A stretch of 63,696 nt of DNA, filler included, from Phoronis australis (lineage: Eukaryota; Animalia; Phoronida): NCBI GenBank assembly GCA_002633005.1. It is 6 parts of 6 records of this genome, joined end to end, with 100 filler letters (N's around TTAATTAATTAA, not from the genome) between each part and the next. Parts side by side here need not be neighbours in the genome. Positions count along the whole stretch, not along the records: positions 33,332 to 57,934 come from NMRA01000627.1; 5 more parts are not named here. One strand, written 5' to 3'. Positions 38,037 through 51,256 of the stretch are shown piece by piece. The notes beneath the pieces are model-generated. The model made no database searches. It worked only from the letters and a program-made list of their open reading frames with translations, and was not told the origin of the DNA. The position numbers and the translations under genes were made by a program. How positions within the stretch are numbered: position 1 is the stretch's first letter; every line of letters begins with the position of its first letter.

Positions 38037-41000
38037 TTCTGATCATAGATTTATCGACATAGACATGCACAGTTAGACCGTTTTCCAACAACAAATAGCA
38101 ACAAATGTCCTTGTAGAGCGTTTCTCAAGGTTGTGAAATTGACGCAGACATAACGTTTCTTGATAAGGTGAAAGTTTATAATAAAGTGAAATGTTTTTCT
38201 TGTGTTAGAAACACTGAGATTAGATAAGTCCATGAATGTGGTTAATAGTTTATGTGCAAGATACAGCGAAACGCATACTCTTACGTACATGTACGTTGAC
38301 ACGCATACCAACAAACCGCTGAGAGTAATCCCTGATGTTTTGCATAAAAGTCCTCATGTTTTTAAATAAGCGATCTCAGTGTACTGAGAGGGAAAATGTT
38401 TAAAGCGTTCCTACAGTGAATTTTTGCACTTTTTGAGGTTCTAGACCGTGTATGAAATTAACTTTATAGTTTATGGGTATTGAACCTAGTGTTAATTTCA
38501 ACTGTTACGTAATTGATGGAAATTATGAAATTAACCTTACTGTATTATTCACCCAGAACGATATTAGAATTCACGAGGGACTTTTGTTAACTTACAGTGA
38601 CTGGTCGTATTGCATTAGGAGCACCAGCTGCCACCTGGTGGTGTTAAGATGTACTTCCAGTTCAAAGTGGTAAACAGAAGGACCTGTAAACAGATTATTC
38701 GATTGTTTAGTATGACGTTATTTTTGACGCTTTTAACCCAGTCAAATAAAATTAAGATGCTAAAATTTAAAAACTAGAATAATAATGAAGACAGACTTAT
38801 GTATCGTTGTATATTTCTGAGGTCTTGGAAAATTATTATCCCATTAATTATGGACTTGCTCCTTCTCAACTCTTCGGGAGCATACAGTAAGTGCAAGAGT
38901 TGTTGTATCAATCCAAAAACACAATTGTGTTAGCAATTCATGTGTTTCCAAGACCTGCAAAAACTTTGAAAACCTGATGTGACTGAGTAGTTCTATTACT
39001 ATTTGTGGGTCCACGGCTCCTTGATAGCAGCTTATACGTCATCACTAAACACCCGAATAACATGTTGTTGCATGATGAGCATTCTTATTTTATGTCACAT
39101 CATAACGGGGAAACAGAATGCAGTAAAGGTCGCGTATTCCGGTTCAACCAGAACGAGATACGTCATGTCAGATCATCTACCAATGTATTGTATGATGTAC
39201 CACTGAGCGTCTCTGCTGACTAGTGAAATATGCAACTTGCGCCTACAATGTAGTTTTTGTTTGTTTTACTCCAATTAACGACTCACATGCTCTGTTGTGC
39301 CCTGCTTTCTCGAGCCAATCGCCCTCATTGTCGGGTTAGACCGGGTTAGACCCTATAACATTTGTACTCTAGCTCATTGTTCATGTCGAACTCGTTTTCA
39401 AGATCTTGCCTGAACTTTTCAAACGCAACGATTGGTGACAAGTAAAAGACACCAAGTCTAAAGACTTGCGTATATCATAAGCATACTTCTCTATCGTGCC
39501 ATCTATTTTAAGAGCATCCGTCAAAACAGTGCGCCAGAATGTACAAGAGCCACGCCATCTATGGAATCGCTTGATGATCATTTAATTGCAATAAAGCAAA
39601 TCAGTCAGAGTTGTCAATATGTATCTCTACACTAGACTAATGCCAAGTTTATGCTGCTGTGAAGCCTGTGTTCTGTCCATGAAACAAGCTAATAATTCGT
39701 AACTGTAACTGCTAACTCTCAGTTCTAGGAAAGCCCTGAAATCACGTCCAGTTTAACAAAAGAAATTCTTAGACCTAGTTCTAAAACTGTAAGTTCACAA
39801 AGTAAAAAATTGTAACTTAAGGCGAGTGGTTTGAATTTTTGAAAACCGGTTATCGTCTGTTTTACAGTTGCCGGTTGGCGCTGGGTTTGGGTAACTCGAG
39901 GGCTGTGGGGAAAACATCCGTTCAACCGCGAATTGTAAAATCCAGTTAGTTACGCAATGAGGCTAATCAAACACTTAACTTCTGGTGGTGTCACTAAAAC
40001 AAACAATTTAATTCAGTAAAAGTGAATACTTTCAGACCTCTGTAGAACTTTATTTTGACATTAAACCAACCTGCCAGTAATTAGATCACATGACATCGTT
40101 TTAGGAAAAGATAGAACAAATAGAAGGCACATCCACAGCACACGGTCTGATCTCCATTCTTTGGTTATCAGAGTTGAAGGTGAGACAGGAATCTGAAAGT
40201 TAGTTTATGTAAAACAGTAACCTCTAATGGTATAATATTATTTTACAGTTATTGCAATTACTCAAATCATTCACCAACTTAACACATGTATTTTGGCTTT
40301 TTACATCGCATTTCTTCAGCTAAAATGACCTTAACGTAAATTTTTACGAGACAATCAATTTCAAAACCCATATCATTCGCAAAATCACTAGTTGTAGTCG
40401 ACAATATATCAATACGTTTTTGCCAGTGCCTCATTGCCATGAAGCCATCGCTAATGCGGTAATTACTCTACTCTACTCACTGGAACTTACATCTGCTTCC
40501 TTATCAAACCTCTTGGGAACAGATCGAACGACCAAGTACAAGGTGCCGTGAAAAGGGCCTCCTGACAATCAGTGTGAGGATTGTGCATATCTACTGGTGA
40601 AGTTCAACATGCCTTGAAACTGGTGGAGTTTTTAATGAAAGGAAGAGTGCCGGTACTAATAAGAACAATGATGACAATGAGAATTATGATAATAGTGTGG
40701 TATAACACAAGAATGCACACAAAATGTCATCGTCATCTTTAATTGAGAAACAAACGGTTCTTTGTTGGTAAAACACGATCACGTAAAACACGTGCTGAGA
40801 TGATGGAAATTTCCAACACGTCCATAATTCACTAGAGGCAGTAAAAGTGTCTAAATTTGGCTAACACCCTACCTCAAAAATGGTGGATTTGATTGAGATG
40901 AAATTTTCGGATATAGTACTTGATGTAGTGATTTCCAAAGGTGTGTTCAATGTTATCTTAAATGGTTTCATTTTTCACATGAACTGCCAAAAATGGAGTC

Positions 41001-41195
41001 ACTTAAAACCTAAGTAGTTTATTCATCAACAGAGCGAACATAACCGAAAATACCTCAGGTAAAAACAACATACAGCTAACACTTACTTAATATAGTGTAT
41101 ACAGTTAATATTTGTTCTAAGATGATGGGATTCTGAAATACGCACAAGCGTTAACTTGGTGATCATAAATCGTATAGAGTGAAAGATTTCTTTAC

Positions 41196-41408
41196 CTAAG
41201 ATGCTCCTGAAAAACACTTGCATTTCTTCAAGATCATGGTTTTTAAAACAGTCGATTGGAAAATCCGGTTGCTTTTTTTATTCTCTTTCAGTAAAGAGAT
41301 GACAGATTCTTCAAAAACAGATGTCTTCGCCGCAGCCGACGTAGCTTGGAGAGATGCGACTTCATGACACAGCCAAACGATGACTACTAGGAGATTAGAG
41401 TTGAACAT
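41196..41408 (-). pseudogene. Lectin-TLDc family copy 2, internally deleted exon A relic
   Basis: MFNSNLLVVIVWLCHEVASLQATSAAAKTSVFEESVISLLKENKKSNRIFQSTVLKT matches copies 1 and 3, then homology jumps to intron-like sequence. The flank at 41000-41190 resembles 37030-37200. Confidence 0.75.
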
Positions 41409-41536
41409 TTTTGCTGATGAGTTTATCGACACGAACTCGTACAACTTGACCGTTTCACAACACTAACTGGGAACAAATGTCCTCAACCTCAAATGTAAAA
41501 CATCACTAGAGCTTGTCAAAATGACAGGAACCTATT

Positions 41537-41570
41537 ATCAATCAATCAATCAATCAATATCATTTATTGT
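41537..41570 (-). repeat. (ATTG)n tail preceded by AATAAA, possible retroelement 3' end
   Basis: Minus strand aataaatgatattgattgattgattgattgat. Confidence 0.4.
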
Positions 41571-42086
41571 ACATCGTGGGCATTGCCTACACACATACAT
41601 CAATACACAAATGAATATTCATAGTGTTTCCAAGGACAGTAGTTCTTCTCTTTAAGCAATGGGGACTCAAGAATACCATATCCACCAGCTTGTCGTCAAG
41701 AACAAGTCACTATCTTGAGGTTGAGAACCGGCCACTGCCAGCTGCTCTCCCACTTGCATCGCCAGAAAATATCTCACACAAGACAAGGAGATGTTTCACG
41801 GCCTCATACTTGCTATTTACAGCGTGCATTTCATTCTTCACTACCATGAACCACTTCCTAAGCATTTCGGACTCTCGAGTAAGTAAAAAAACGATATACC
41901 CCCTTTACTCGCTGCTGCTTAGTTCGGACAAGCGGGAACGATGCACCGCAACATAGCGGCATTCACTCTGCATATGAACCACTGACGTCGCTAGCTTCGT
42001 TTCTCACCTTCCTCACAGGCTAACGCGACACCTCTTGGCAAGGTAAGGTCGATGTCAATATAGACCGATTAAGACTGCAAAAAAGA

Positions 42087-43875
42087 CTAATTTAATCGGG
42101 TGGCATTCTCCTTTAAAAGGTCCACAGCAAGAGCTTCAACGTGGCCTCTCCTTGACGTTATGGCCTTGAAATTGAAAGCCGTTATCCGATGCCTTCTTAA
42201 CTGATAACACTCTTGGCATTTATTTTGCGCTCTGGAGTCTTTTTCATACTGTTGTGATTCAATTATAGACGTTTCTTTCGATTGGTAGATTACTTGCTGA
42301 TCAACAGGAAGTGAATGCGGATCAAAATGTAATGTTAACACAGGCAAACTGAAGGCAGGCGGGGTCTCTAGTTCAAACAAAACACAAACTTGATCAGGCT
42401 TTTCCTGATAAGACAGCATAGACCCCTTTGGTGCTTGACCAAATTTTTTGTTATCTACCAAGGTCATGTCTTCCATTAGACTCGACAGGTGCACCCACTG
42501 TGGTGGTGCAGATTGTGCATTAGATGCAGGCAAAAGTTGCTGAACTGTGTGCTGAACATCACTGAGTGGCACTGGCATTGGGTTCCACACGTTTGCTCGA
42601 GCTCCATCTTCATGACGGCCTTTCTTGGGGAGTGGATCTACAGCAGATGGGATAACTGGTTTTATAACCGTCACATCCGTCACAGGGCGGGTAGCAAAAC
42701 CATGTGTTCGTGGGGGACGTGCCAATGTTGAGGGGTAGATGTGGATGAAACAATTTCAGGCACCTTGTTGATCTGGAGTTGTTGAAAGTTGCTCAGTTGG
42801 TACAAGAGTGCCACTTTATGTTGACAGAATCCTTTTCCAGCTTTGCACGTACAAGTGTGTGATGTTATCTCCCACTCGTTGGTGAAACCAATCTGAAAAG
42901 CGAAAATCAAAAATTATGTTACAATAGCTTGTTGGTAAGGGGGATAATGTAAATAATTTGTTACGATGTTACAGGTTAAGTTACTACGGCTAATAGACTT
43001 TTTATAGCCTAGGAGCTCTGAAAATCTTACTAGTAATCTGGCATTTACCACAAATTGTACAAACACTTCATAAATAGAGCATTAGCAAGACCATGAAAAA
43101 CTTTCCTTCAACACTCCAGTAAATTACACATACTAGTTTTAGAATTAAAGCAGCAGTATACTAACAAGGTAAAGGATAACACGTGTAATACTTATTCGAA
43201 GAGAATGAGGTGTTCCAGACTTCTTTTGACTTTGAAAACATTTTGCTCGAACACTGTGATGAGACAGAGCAAGATCACTTGAGTACCTGTTAAACCTAAT
43301 TGTGGCCCATTGATAGGCCTGCCTCAATAACTCCCACACCAAGGTGATAATGTGAACTCTTGGCCTGACCTTGTAACTGAGAACCAGAGGGTCAATCTAG
43401 TGGAAATCTTAAGTCTGACTCATGAATCGTTTGCCTTAGGGAGGCTCAGGCACTGTCACGCTGACGCTGACACTTGCTGAGAGCCCGAGTCTCTCCTAAG
43501 ACCAGTCAATAGAATCGGTAGGCCCAAGCGACGAATCTCACAAGAATGGCGAGTAAACAAATCGATTTTTGTAAATTACGTTATCATTGGGTCAATGAAG
43601 AAAATAACTACGGTTTCAAATAATATACAACTATTTTTCAAACTTTGAAAGACGATGCAAATAACGAAATGGGCTCAACTACTCTTGCTTAATTTAATAG
43701 TCGTCGCACGAACGAGCAACACACACATCGAAATTACGCTTACCTCCGATATCGTGGGCATACGAATCATAATAGAAACGATATCCTCTTTGAAGGGAAC
43801 TTGTGCGTATTGGTATGTTTTTGGAGATCGATTCAACATCAGACAACTTGATTTTTGGTAACGTTGATAAGATGC
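42087..43875 (-). pseudogene. Transposon-associated SWIM zinc finger plus YqaJ/lambda-exonuclease-like gene, degenerate and multi-exon
   Basis: Segments: about 43744-43875 (LSTLPKIKLSDV...LQRGYRFYYDSYAHDI, donor gtaag), about 43196-43286 (VRAKCFQSQKKSGTPHSL), and 42087-42892. The last carries HTCTCKAGKGFCQHKVALLY (SWIM), STSTPQHWH, and SRAQNKCQECYQLRRHRITAFNF (YqaJ N-terminus), with a frameshift. Confidence 0.7.
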
Positions 43876-44424
43876 TGCGTGGTTGGTAAGTAGGTTTGGC
43901 AGGGTGGTACCATTGTAGGTACAGGTGTGAAGACGTCCTTGCGTAAGAACCGGGGTTCATTTGTGTCATTTAGGGGGTTACACTTGTCTTGGTAAGAAGT
44001 AATGGTTTGTAGTTTGGGCCATAAGTCACTAGGAAGAAACATCGACGAGCAGCTGACATAATTTTTTAAATTTGAAACTAAAGGGAAAAGGCTTTGACAT
44101 CAAAAGTTTTTAAACTCATTAAAATTTCTGTTGAAATGGTGAAGAACCACTTTGAATAATGTAGTTCAGCGTTCTTTGGGCGTTCTTTGCCACTTTAATT
44201 TAATATGCTAAAAATGTCGCGTAACAATTTTATATCACGTAACCGCAGCTAGATGGAAGTGTGACGTTTTTATCATGAACATAAATTTCTGATTGATTTA
44301 TTGTTTGAGTTACATATGTTTGTGTCAGTGATTTTGGAAATTTTGTGTCTTCGGCAAATTATCTATCCTCAAACAGCAGACGTATCACCTAATTAAATTC
44401 CTTTTTAAATGACCATCAAGGTTT

Positions 44425-45700
44425 GTACAGTCAATATAACCGTTGCTCTAATGTAAAACAAAGACATGAAAAACTTGCACCCGCGTGGACCATGATATAA
44501 TAAGTGTGCCTAATTTACGATGCGAATCCATTCATGCACAAAAGCAAAATCGATGTCTCAAACTGCTATATGTAAATGTGTCGAAAATGGAGAGGCATGA
44601 CATGATTGTTAAAGCGGAAATTGCAAGGTCCAAACCAATCTGAACAACAATATGGTCTAAATTCTAGTTTATAATTATCATTGCTTTACTCTTAACATTA
44701 ACTGAATTGTACGCCGCTATACAAAGTTATTTACATATTTAGTGCCTTGGTGTTGTAACGCCATCGTTGTAACGGAGAATGGAAACGGCGCCATTTTCGT
44801 TCGTTACACATCTGTGACGTGAGGTTGGGGAACACAAAGGAAGCAATCTGTGTCCAAGTGAGTACAGTAGCGTAGATGAGGAATACTTTGAACGATACAG
44901 GGACGGACAGGTGGACTTTTCAGATGATCCCGACCTTTCGGACGAGGAGGTGGAGGTGACAGATCCCAGAGGAACAATATGTGTCCACAGCTTTTCTGTA
45001 GTGGAGCCGTTCTCCCTCGATCCCTTTCACGGCCCTTTCTCTGGTCGCCGAAGACTCACTCCCNGTACAGTCAATATAACCGTTGCTCTAATGTAAAACA
45101 AAGACATGAAAAACTTGCACCCGCGTGGACCATGATATAAGTGTGCCTAATTTACGATGCGAATCCATTCATGCACAAAAGCAAAATCGATGTCTCAAAC
45201 TGCTATATGTGAATGTGTCGAAAATGGAGAGGCATGAAATGATTGTTAAAGAGGAAATTGCAAGGTCCAAACCAATCTGAACAACAATATGGTCTAAATT
45301 CTAGTTTATAATTAGCATTGCTATACTCTTAACATTAACTGAATTGTACGCCGCTATACAAAGTTATTTACATATTTAGTGCCTTGGTGTTGTAACGCCA
45401 TCGTTGTAACGGAGAATAGAAACGGCGCCATTTTCGTTCGTTACACATCTGTGACGTGTGTTGGGGAACACAAAGGAAGCAATCTGTGTCCAAGTGAGTA
45501 CAGCAGCGTAGATGAGGAATATTTTGAACGATACAGGGACGGACAGGTGGACTTTTCAGATGATCCCGACCTTTCGGACGGGGAGGTGGAGGTGACAGAT
45601 CCCAGAGGAACAATATGTGTTCACAGCTTTTCTGTAGTGGAGCCGTTGTCCCTCGATCCCTTTCACGGCCCTTTCTCTGGTCGCCGAAGACTCACTCCCA
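44425..45700. repeat. About 640-bp tandem duplication joined by a single N
   Basis: 44425-45063 and 45065-45700 are nearly identical. Both contain the host flank and the Kolobok left end (44613 and 45250). Confidence 0.85.
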
Positions 45701-45950
45701 CCGGGTTCGTCCTGTGAACGTCAACAGGCTGAAGGTGCGCAGGAGTTGCGATTATATGTTAGTGATTCGTAAGAATATTATCAATATGTATACTACAACC
45801 GCGAATTATAACTTGGTCTTTTTTAATTCAAAAGTAGTCCCAGGCGCCCATGTCCCCATTGGTGAATCGTGTTTCAGCCGTGGATAAAACTGGGATTTTT
45901 TGGCATTATAGCAAATCACTCAAAAACTGTTAGGTTTCTGATTATTTGTA

Positions 45951-46150
45951 GACTGTGTGGCTCAGTGGTTTGAGCTAGTGAGACTCAGGTTCGAATCCAT
46001 TCTTTCACTGGCATGCAACTGAGCATTGAACAAAATTGGCTCTTACTTCTCCGAGACTGAGCGGGGTGTTACTAGTGAGTGAATAAATGTGTGCAAGGGA
46101 ATGAATGAGAACCACTTTGGAATAATCGACTGTGAATTGTAAAGAAGGGG
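45951..46150 (+). mobile_element. tRNA-derived SINE-like insertion
   Basis: A-box TGGCTCAGTGG (45958-45968) and B-box GGTTCGAATCC (45988-45998), with no complete tRNA cloverleaf. Confidence 0.55.
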
Positions 46151-46971
46151 ATGAAAGAATTGCAATTTTATAATTTAGACTTTCTCACCTTGGTGCTGGG
46201 GGAGGGCATAATTCTATAGGTTATAGAACAAGTCATTTCATTTTCGTAATCAAGTCAGCTCGGACCTATATCAATCTACACATGTGTTCCAAAACAGTTT
46301 TATTTTGTACGGCGATGCTTGAAATGGAAACAACCATTTCATGTCGATGTACATTGACCCAATGTTGCCATTATTTATCAATGAAATATGGTACGAGTCG
46401 ACTTGTGTAGGAACCGCCTGGTAAAGTTTCTATAGAGTAAAGAGAGTATACCATTGGATTGGTGATTGCCCATATAGCATATCAAGAAGTTTTAATGTAT
46501 ACTGTAATATTTAAAATGAGGGTGGCAACACTGCATTTCAAGTTGGTTTGCCCCATTGTTATTGTATAGTTTGATTAATGATATGTGGGTGATGATAGGA
46601 TTCAGATTGGGAGAACAGGTCTCACGACTACATACAAAACAGTCCCCTCCATCAATGAATCAGGGCAACTACCTTTTGTCTTAGGGTCAGCTAAAAAATC
46701 AAACAACTAATGTCCATTACTATATCACCCGGGCATGATCTACCACTGCCTTGGGTGTAGCACTATTCATTTGTATGAAAAGTTAATATCTTTACTATAT
46801 ATGATCAATTTGTACAAAAAAAAAATAGGTAGTAATGTTCCAACCAATTTTTCTGTAAACTGAAGTCGTATGCAGACCCCTCAAATTTGGTAGAGGCACT
46901 CTTGGTAAATTTTTCAATTCGAAATTTTGATGTTAACTGAAATAATGTATTATTGTTGACACACATTGCAG

Positions 46972-47375
46972 GTGCACCTGGGGCAACTGTCAGACAACCT
47001 CAGTTGTTGAAGAAAGAGTATGTTGCCAAGAGGTTGACAAGGTTGTTGCAAAACTGGATGAAGAAATGAAGCGTGGCAACTAACACAGAAGAAAAAATGT
47101 ATTGTGGAGCATGGGGGTTTAAACCTGTATACATCAATCGTAGTGTTTTGGAAACTGCATACTGCATGGTTGCAGTACAAAAGCCAATATCCTGATGGCT
47201 ATGACAGACCCTTGGATGAAAGGATTTGACACGTGGACAGTTCCAAAGATGGGTACACGGTCACTTGGGACGAACAGTCCGTGTTGTCATTCCAGCATGC
47301 GCAGTAGCCTGGATCAGAGCTTTCTACCCTCCGCCAGGAAATGAGGAAGACTTTGAGTTCCAAGGATTTTCTTAA
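46972..47375 (+). pseudogene. P2X7 C-terminal ballast (Zn-binding)-like, KolX-like exon of the Kolobok
   Basis: After cattgcag| it reads CTWGNCQTTSVVEERVCCQEV...CIVEHGGFKPVYINRSVLETAY...QFQRWVHGHLGRTVRVVIPACAVAWIRAFYPPPGNEEDFEFQGFS*, with frameshifts and stops. An acidic upstream segment lies at about 45490-45735. Confidence 0.8.
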
Positions 47376-49445
47376 AAGTTTCACCCATTTATAGATATCA
47401 ACAGTTGTCTTAGCTCTGGAATGCCAACTCCTGCACATGACCTATGTATTCTGTTATAAAAACGTGTGACTCGGGGACTAGTTTTATGTAATTCAAACGA
47501 GTTGCAAAAAGTTGTAGTGACAAATTCCATAGAAAGATCAAACATCGTAATAAACGAATGCAATCGCAGTGCAACCTCAGCGGCATGAAATTGAATTTGA
47601 CATTCCATGAATAGACTTCTGTGGTTTCAGAATGGTAAATAACTGACACAGCGAGCAGCATTTATTGATGCTCATCAATCTGGTTACTTATGATAACATG
47701 GTCATGACAAGTGTAATTTAACTAGGACTACATTATAAACCTCTAAATTCAACATCAGTTTAACTTATGGTTTACCTAGGTAAACAGAGGAATTTGTCTC
47801 ATTGGAGCCCAGTTTGTGTGCTTGAAGCGAACACATTGAACAGTATGGCTGTTACATAAAAAAATAAAAGTTTTGAATCTGGTCCATAGTCTGAAGTCGA
47901 GACTGAATCTTCTGCCCTCTTCATATACAGTAGAACTATCTAAATTGGTAGCACTTCAGTGGGAACTTTAGAAGGGGTAGCATTAATTCCGCAGTAACGC
48001 CTCCAAATAACTCTAACTTTGATGAAATATCTCAATCTCACTGGATACAACTTAGCGAGTTTTACTGTAATTCAATGAGAAATCAAATAACACGACACAG
48101 CAACCACTGAATCTCAACCCAAAAGCTCCAGTATGCAATAGCTTTAGATGTCTATGACATGGTGTGAAAACACAAAAAGTATAAACATGAGTAGGAATTG
48201 GGAAATCTGGAGGGAGTGCTTATACCATTCACTCAAAAATTCCCAAGACAGTGTTCGAATTCTGTGCAAGTGATTATTCTGTGTACAATTTAGATGAGAT
48301 TGTCGCACGAAAACACTGACGACCCAAACAGGTACCTTTTCACCCCCACTTAAGAAAGTCTTCCTTTACCGACCCACTGTATGGGACAGCAACAGTTTAG
48401 TGCAAATCAAATATACTTAAAAAAAGCTGTGCCGCAATATTTATAGTCATTGTATTGAAGGACCATTGAAATGTTTCCAGGTGCGGATCCAGGATTTTGA
48501 GTTAGGGGTCCAGGACACGGTATTAGCCAGGATTTTGCCCGTCAGACATTCGCACCCCCAAACAGTCAAATGGAATCTGGGAGAATTTTAGGGGGGCATG
48601 GCCCCCCTCTAAATCTGCCACTAGTTTCAATATAAGAACATAGTATATCACTGGGTTTATCTATACAAATGGGACAGCCAAGTACCACACGCAAAAGCTT
48701 TTCACAATTTCCACTATTGGTACTATAAACACTCTGGCATTGCTATCTGTACCACTATCAAAATTTTGATCTAAAACATTGGTAGTGACTGTTAAATATG
48801 TGACGGAAAGAAATTCCAGTGCTGTCCATTGACAAAGCACCAAGTCTGAATGTATCTGTGCCACGGCATCCTCCTTGGACACATCTGGAGCATCAGCAGT
48901 CGGCATTGGAGGGGCATCAATTTCCAAGCGAATTTCAAGATCTCCAGCTTCTCTTTTGTTCCGAACTAATTGGAAAGTGTTCTCCTTTCATTCACATACT
49001 CTGAAAAGCACAACAGCGGCAATTCAAAAGTAAAAAAAACATTTTGAATCTAGAGTTGTCCATGATTAAAGTAAAACACGATGATATCTAATTGCAAGTT
49101 TTCGCCTTCTTTTATAACCTTTAAGCAAATGCCAAAACTAGATTTTAAACCTGTTTTTTTTTAACCAGACTACTTTAGTAATCAAAACCTTGGAATTGAG
49201 TTACCGTCCAGTTTTACTTTATTCATAGTCTGCATTCTTTTCAAAATACATGCATCTTTTGAGATCAGCTTTATTTGTTGTGGCTTTTAGTTTTACTGAT
49301 CCATTTATAACTAAATCTTTCACGGAAAAACAACAGATTTTAAACACTTGAGAACTACGGTGATTGTAAAAAAAAGATTGTTATTGTTCAGCCACTGCGA
49401 AAGCGTCATGAATTATTAGACGTCAAAATTCTCAAGAAAACTTAC

Positions 49446-49693
49446 CTTTTTATAAAACCAGCTTCAACCTTCATGATGTGTTTGTCGTCAAAGCAGCCGT
49501 CCTCAAAATGGTCGGAGCATATTTTGGCTCCGACCGATGGCTGACTCGACAGTCATTTTCAAAAGACGAGCAGAGCACACGAAAACCTGCCATAACGCAG
49601 CAAGATGCTTGTCTTTTTAGAATTTAAATGGGCTCATGCCTTCCACCTGGGTGGTGTTAAAATAGTTTGCACACACACACACCGATGCACCAT
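49446..49693 (-). pseudogene. THAP domain, first exon of the Kolobok transposase, degenerate
   Basis: MVHRCVCANYFN...SPFKF*KDKHLAALW...AKICSDHFEDGCF...FIK|gtaag shows the C2CH THAP signature with lesions. Confidence 0.75.
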
Positions 49694-50346
49694 AGCTAAA
49701 ACACGCCAAGGTTGAACGGTCTTTGTGTTTCGTGTACTGTGATATAATAGCAGTGAACTGCATTGTGGGATATGATCTGGTTTGTGTTCCCCAACACCAT
49801 GTCACGGTGTCAAAGGTCAACTTTTCGCGCATTTTCTTATCTTCGCTTTTTTTTTAAATGACTAAAGATACAATAATACGATGATTTGAATAAAATACAT
49901 CCAAATAGCAATACCTTGAAGATATTATTGCAATTTAACATACTTGGACCTTGCAAATTACGCTTTAAAGATACAAGTTTGACATGCAATTGAGATTGAC
50001 TGAAGTCAACCGAAGCATCGTGTATATTTTTGCTCCTCAATGGCTTTGAAAAACTGTCTTGAGTAGCAATGAAAATTATAGTTGTAAATTCAAACAATAT
50101 CTTTTGGAAAAAAATTCAAGAAGCTTGAAAATTCATTGGATGTTTTTGGGACGCAGTTGGAGACTTTGAGGGAATAAAATATTCACCTCCTAAAATTTAC
50201 CAGTGGAATATATAACACAAGTATTATATTCAAGCACGGCCGTTTATTTCAACATTGTCTTTAATAGTACGTAAATTTCATCAATGCTTTTCAATACATA
50301 ATTGAGTACTTTTTAAGCCATGACGTAGACGCCGTACCATTTTGAA

Positions 50347-50438
50347 TTAAAGTTCACATATGTAACGTGCTTTGTCGCTGCACCCCTTGCTTTCCACGTT
50401 CTGGTTACTGGGATTGAAGACCGTGCAAGGGTTTCCGT
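50347..50438 (-). CDS. Lectin-TLDc gene copy 3, exon C: C-terminal half of a C-type lectin domain
   Basis: Acceptor ctcttttacag|AC. Translates (D)GNPCTVFNPSNQNVESKGCSDKARYICEL*; intact. Confidence 0.8.
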
Positions 50439-51256
50439 CTGTAAAAGAGCCAAAGGTCACGTGGTATGAGTAATTCAGTAACATTTAAATGCTTGAGTTG
50501 CCGATTACTTACCTGAAAACTTCTCTTGATGTTTGGTGAAAGAAATATATATATTCATTAGAACAAAATTTTAGTTCGAGAGTAGTTCTTTTGTTTTGCG
50601 TCAACCAATATTTCGAGTATGGTGGAGTATTTGTGGTTATTCGCCTGAGCGACCCTAGCGGAAGTTTTATTCAGACATTCACTAGACTTACATACGACGG
50701 ATTTCGGGAGGCAATGTCCTACCTCTTTGGAAGGACCAAAAACAAACGCGACCGACATGTCATTTGTATGCGTTACGCAAACATAAACCTTCAGAAATTG
50801 TCATTCGCTCACCCCCGCCCCTTCCCCCAACCCCATTATTCATACAACTTTAAACTGCAAAATATCAAGTTTAATACAGAATATGTAATTAATTTTACTG
50901 GTCTTAAAACTAAGCATGCTGAAGCGCATGATCGTTGTGTATGTTGATGTACACTGGACGTGATTCATAAATAGGACTTTTTCATTATATCAATTTACAA
51001 TGCTGTGGAAATGTATAGTTAGCTATTTAGCAATTTGTGATAAATGCAGAGCAAATTTCTTGTCGAACGACTACACTAAAAAGAATACAACTAAAAGTAC
51101 ATACTCAATTCTGTTTATTTAAAAACGCAGCTTTATTTTAAAAGAACGATACTACTACAGTTTGTTTGTTACACAGTGTTCGAATTAAATATTCAGCTAC
51201 AGGGCCGACAATCTATAGCAGTCAAACTTTGAAACGAGGAAAAAGTAAATTCTTAC

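Larger units (their letters stand above)
45250..49964. mobile_element. Kolobok DNA transposon (defective), TTAA target duplication, 21-bp TIRs
   Basis: TTAA|AG(A/C)GGAAATTGCAAGGTCCAA ... TTGGACCTTGCAAATTACGCT|TTAA. It contains convergent THAP (minus) and P2X7-ballast-like (plus) coding relics. The paralogous empty site is at about 35281-35307. Confidence 0.85.

Noticed and set aside
39381-40570. Coding-looking minus-strand fragments (LKIDGTIEKYAYDIRKSLDLVSFTCHQ; GPFHGTLYLVVRSVPKRFDKEAD|gtaagt)
   Set aside because: Possibly a decayed transposon gene, but I cannot assign a family or link the pieces.
44425-45700. Tandem duplication suggesting a Kolobok with long terminal direct repeats
   Set aside because: The duplicate includes host flank, sits at one end only and is joined by a single N. 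It is most likely two haplotypes or overlapping contigs assembled in tandem.
45951-46000. Possible tRNA gene
   Set aside because: A and B boxes are present but too close together, with no anticodon arm or acceptor stem. A SINE head fits better.
50591-50947. 118-aa plus-strand ORF
   Set aside because: It is antisense within intron B-C of copy 3. The paralogous intron lacks its 5' part (about 265 bp shorter), and no domain is recognisable.
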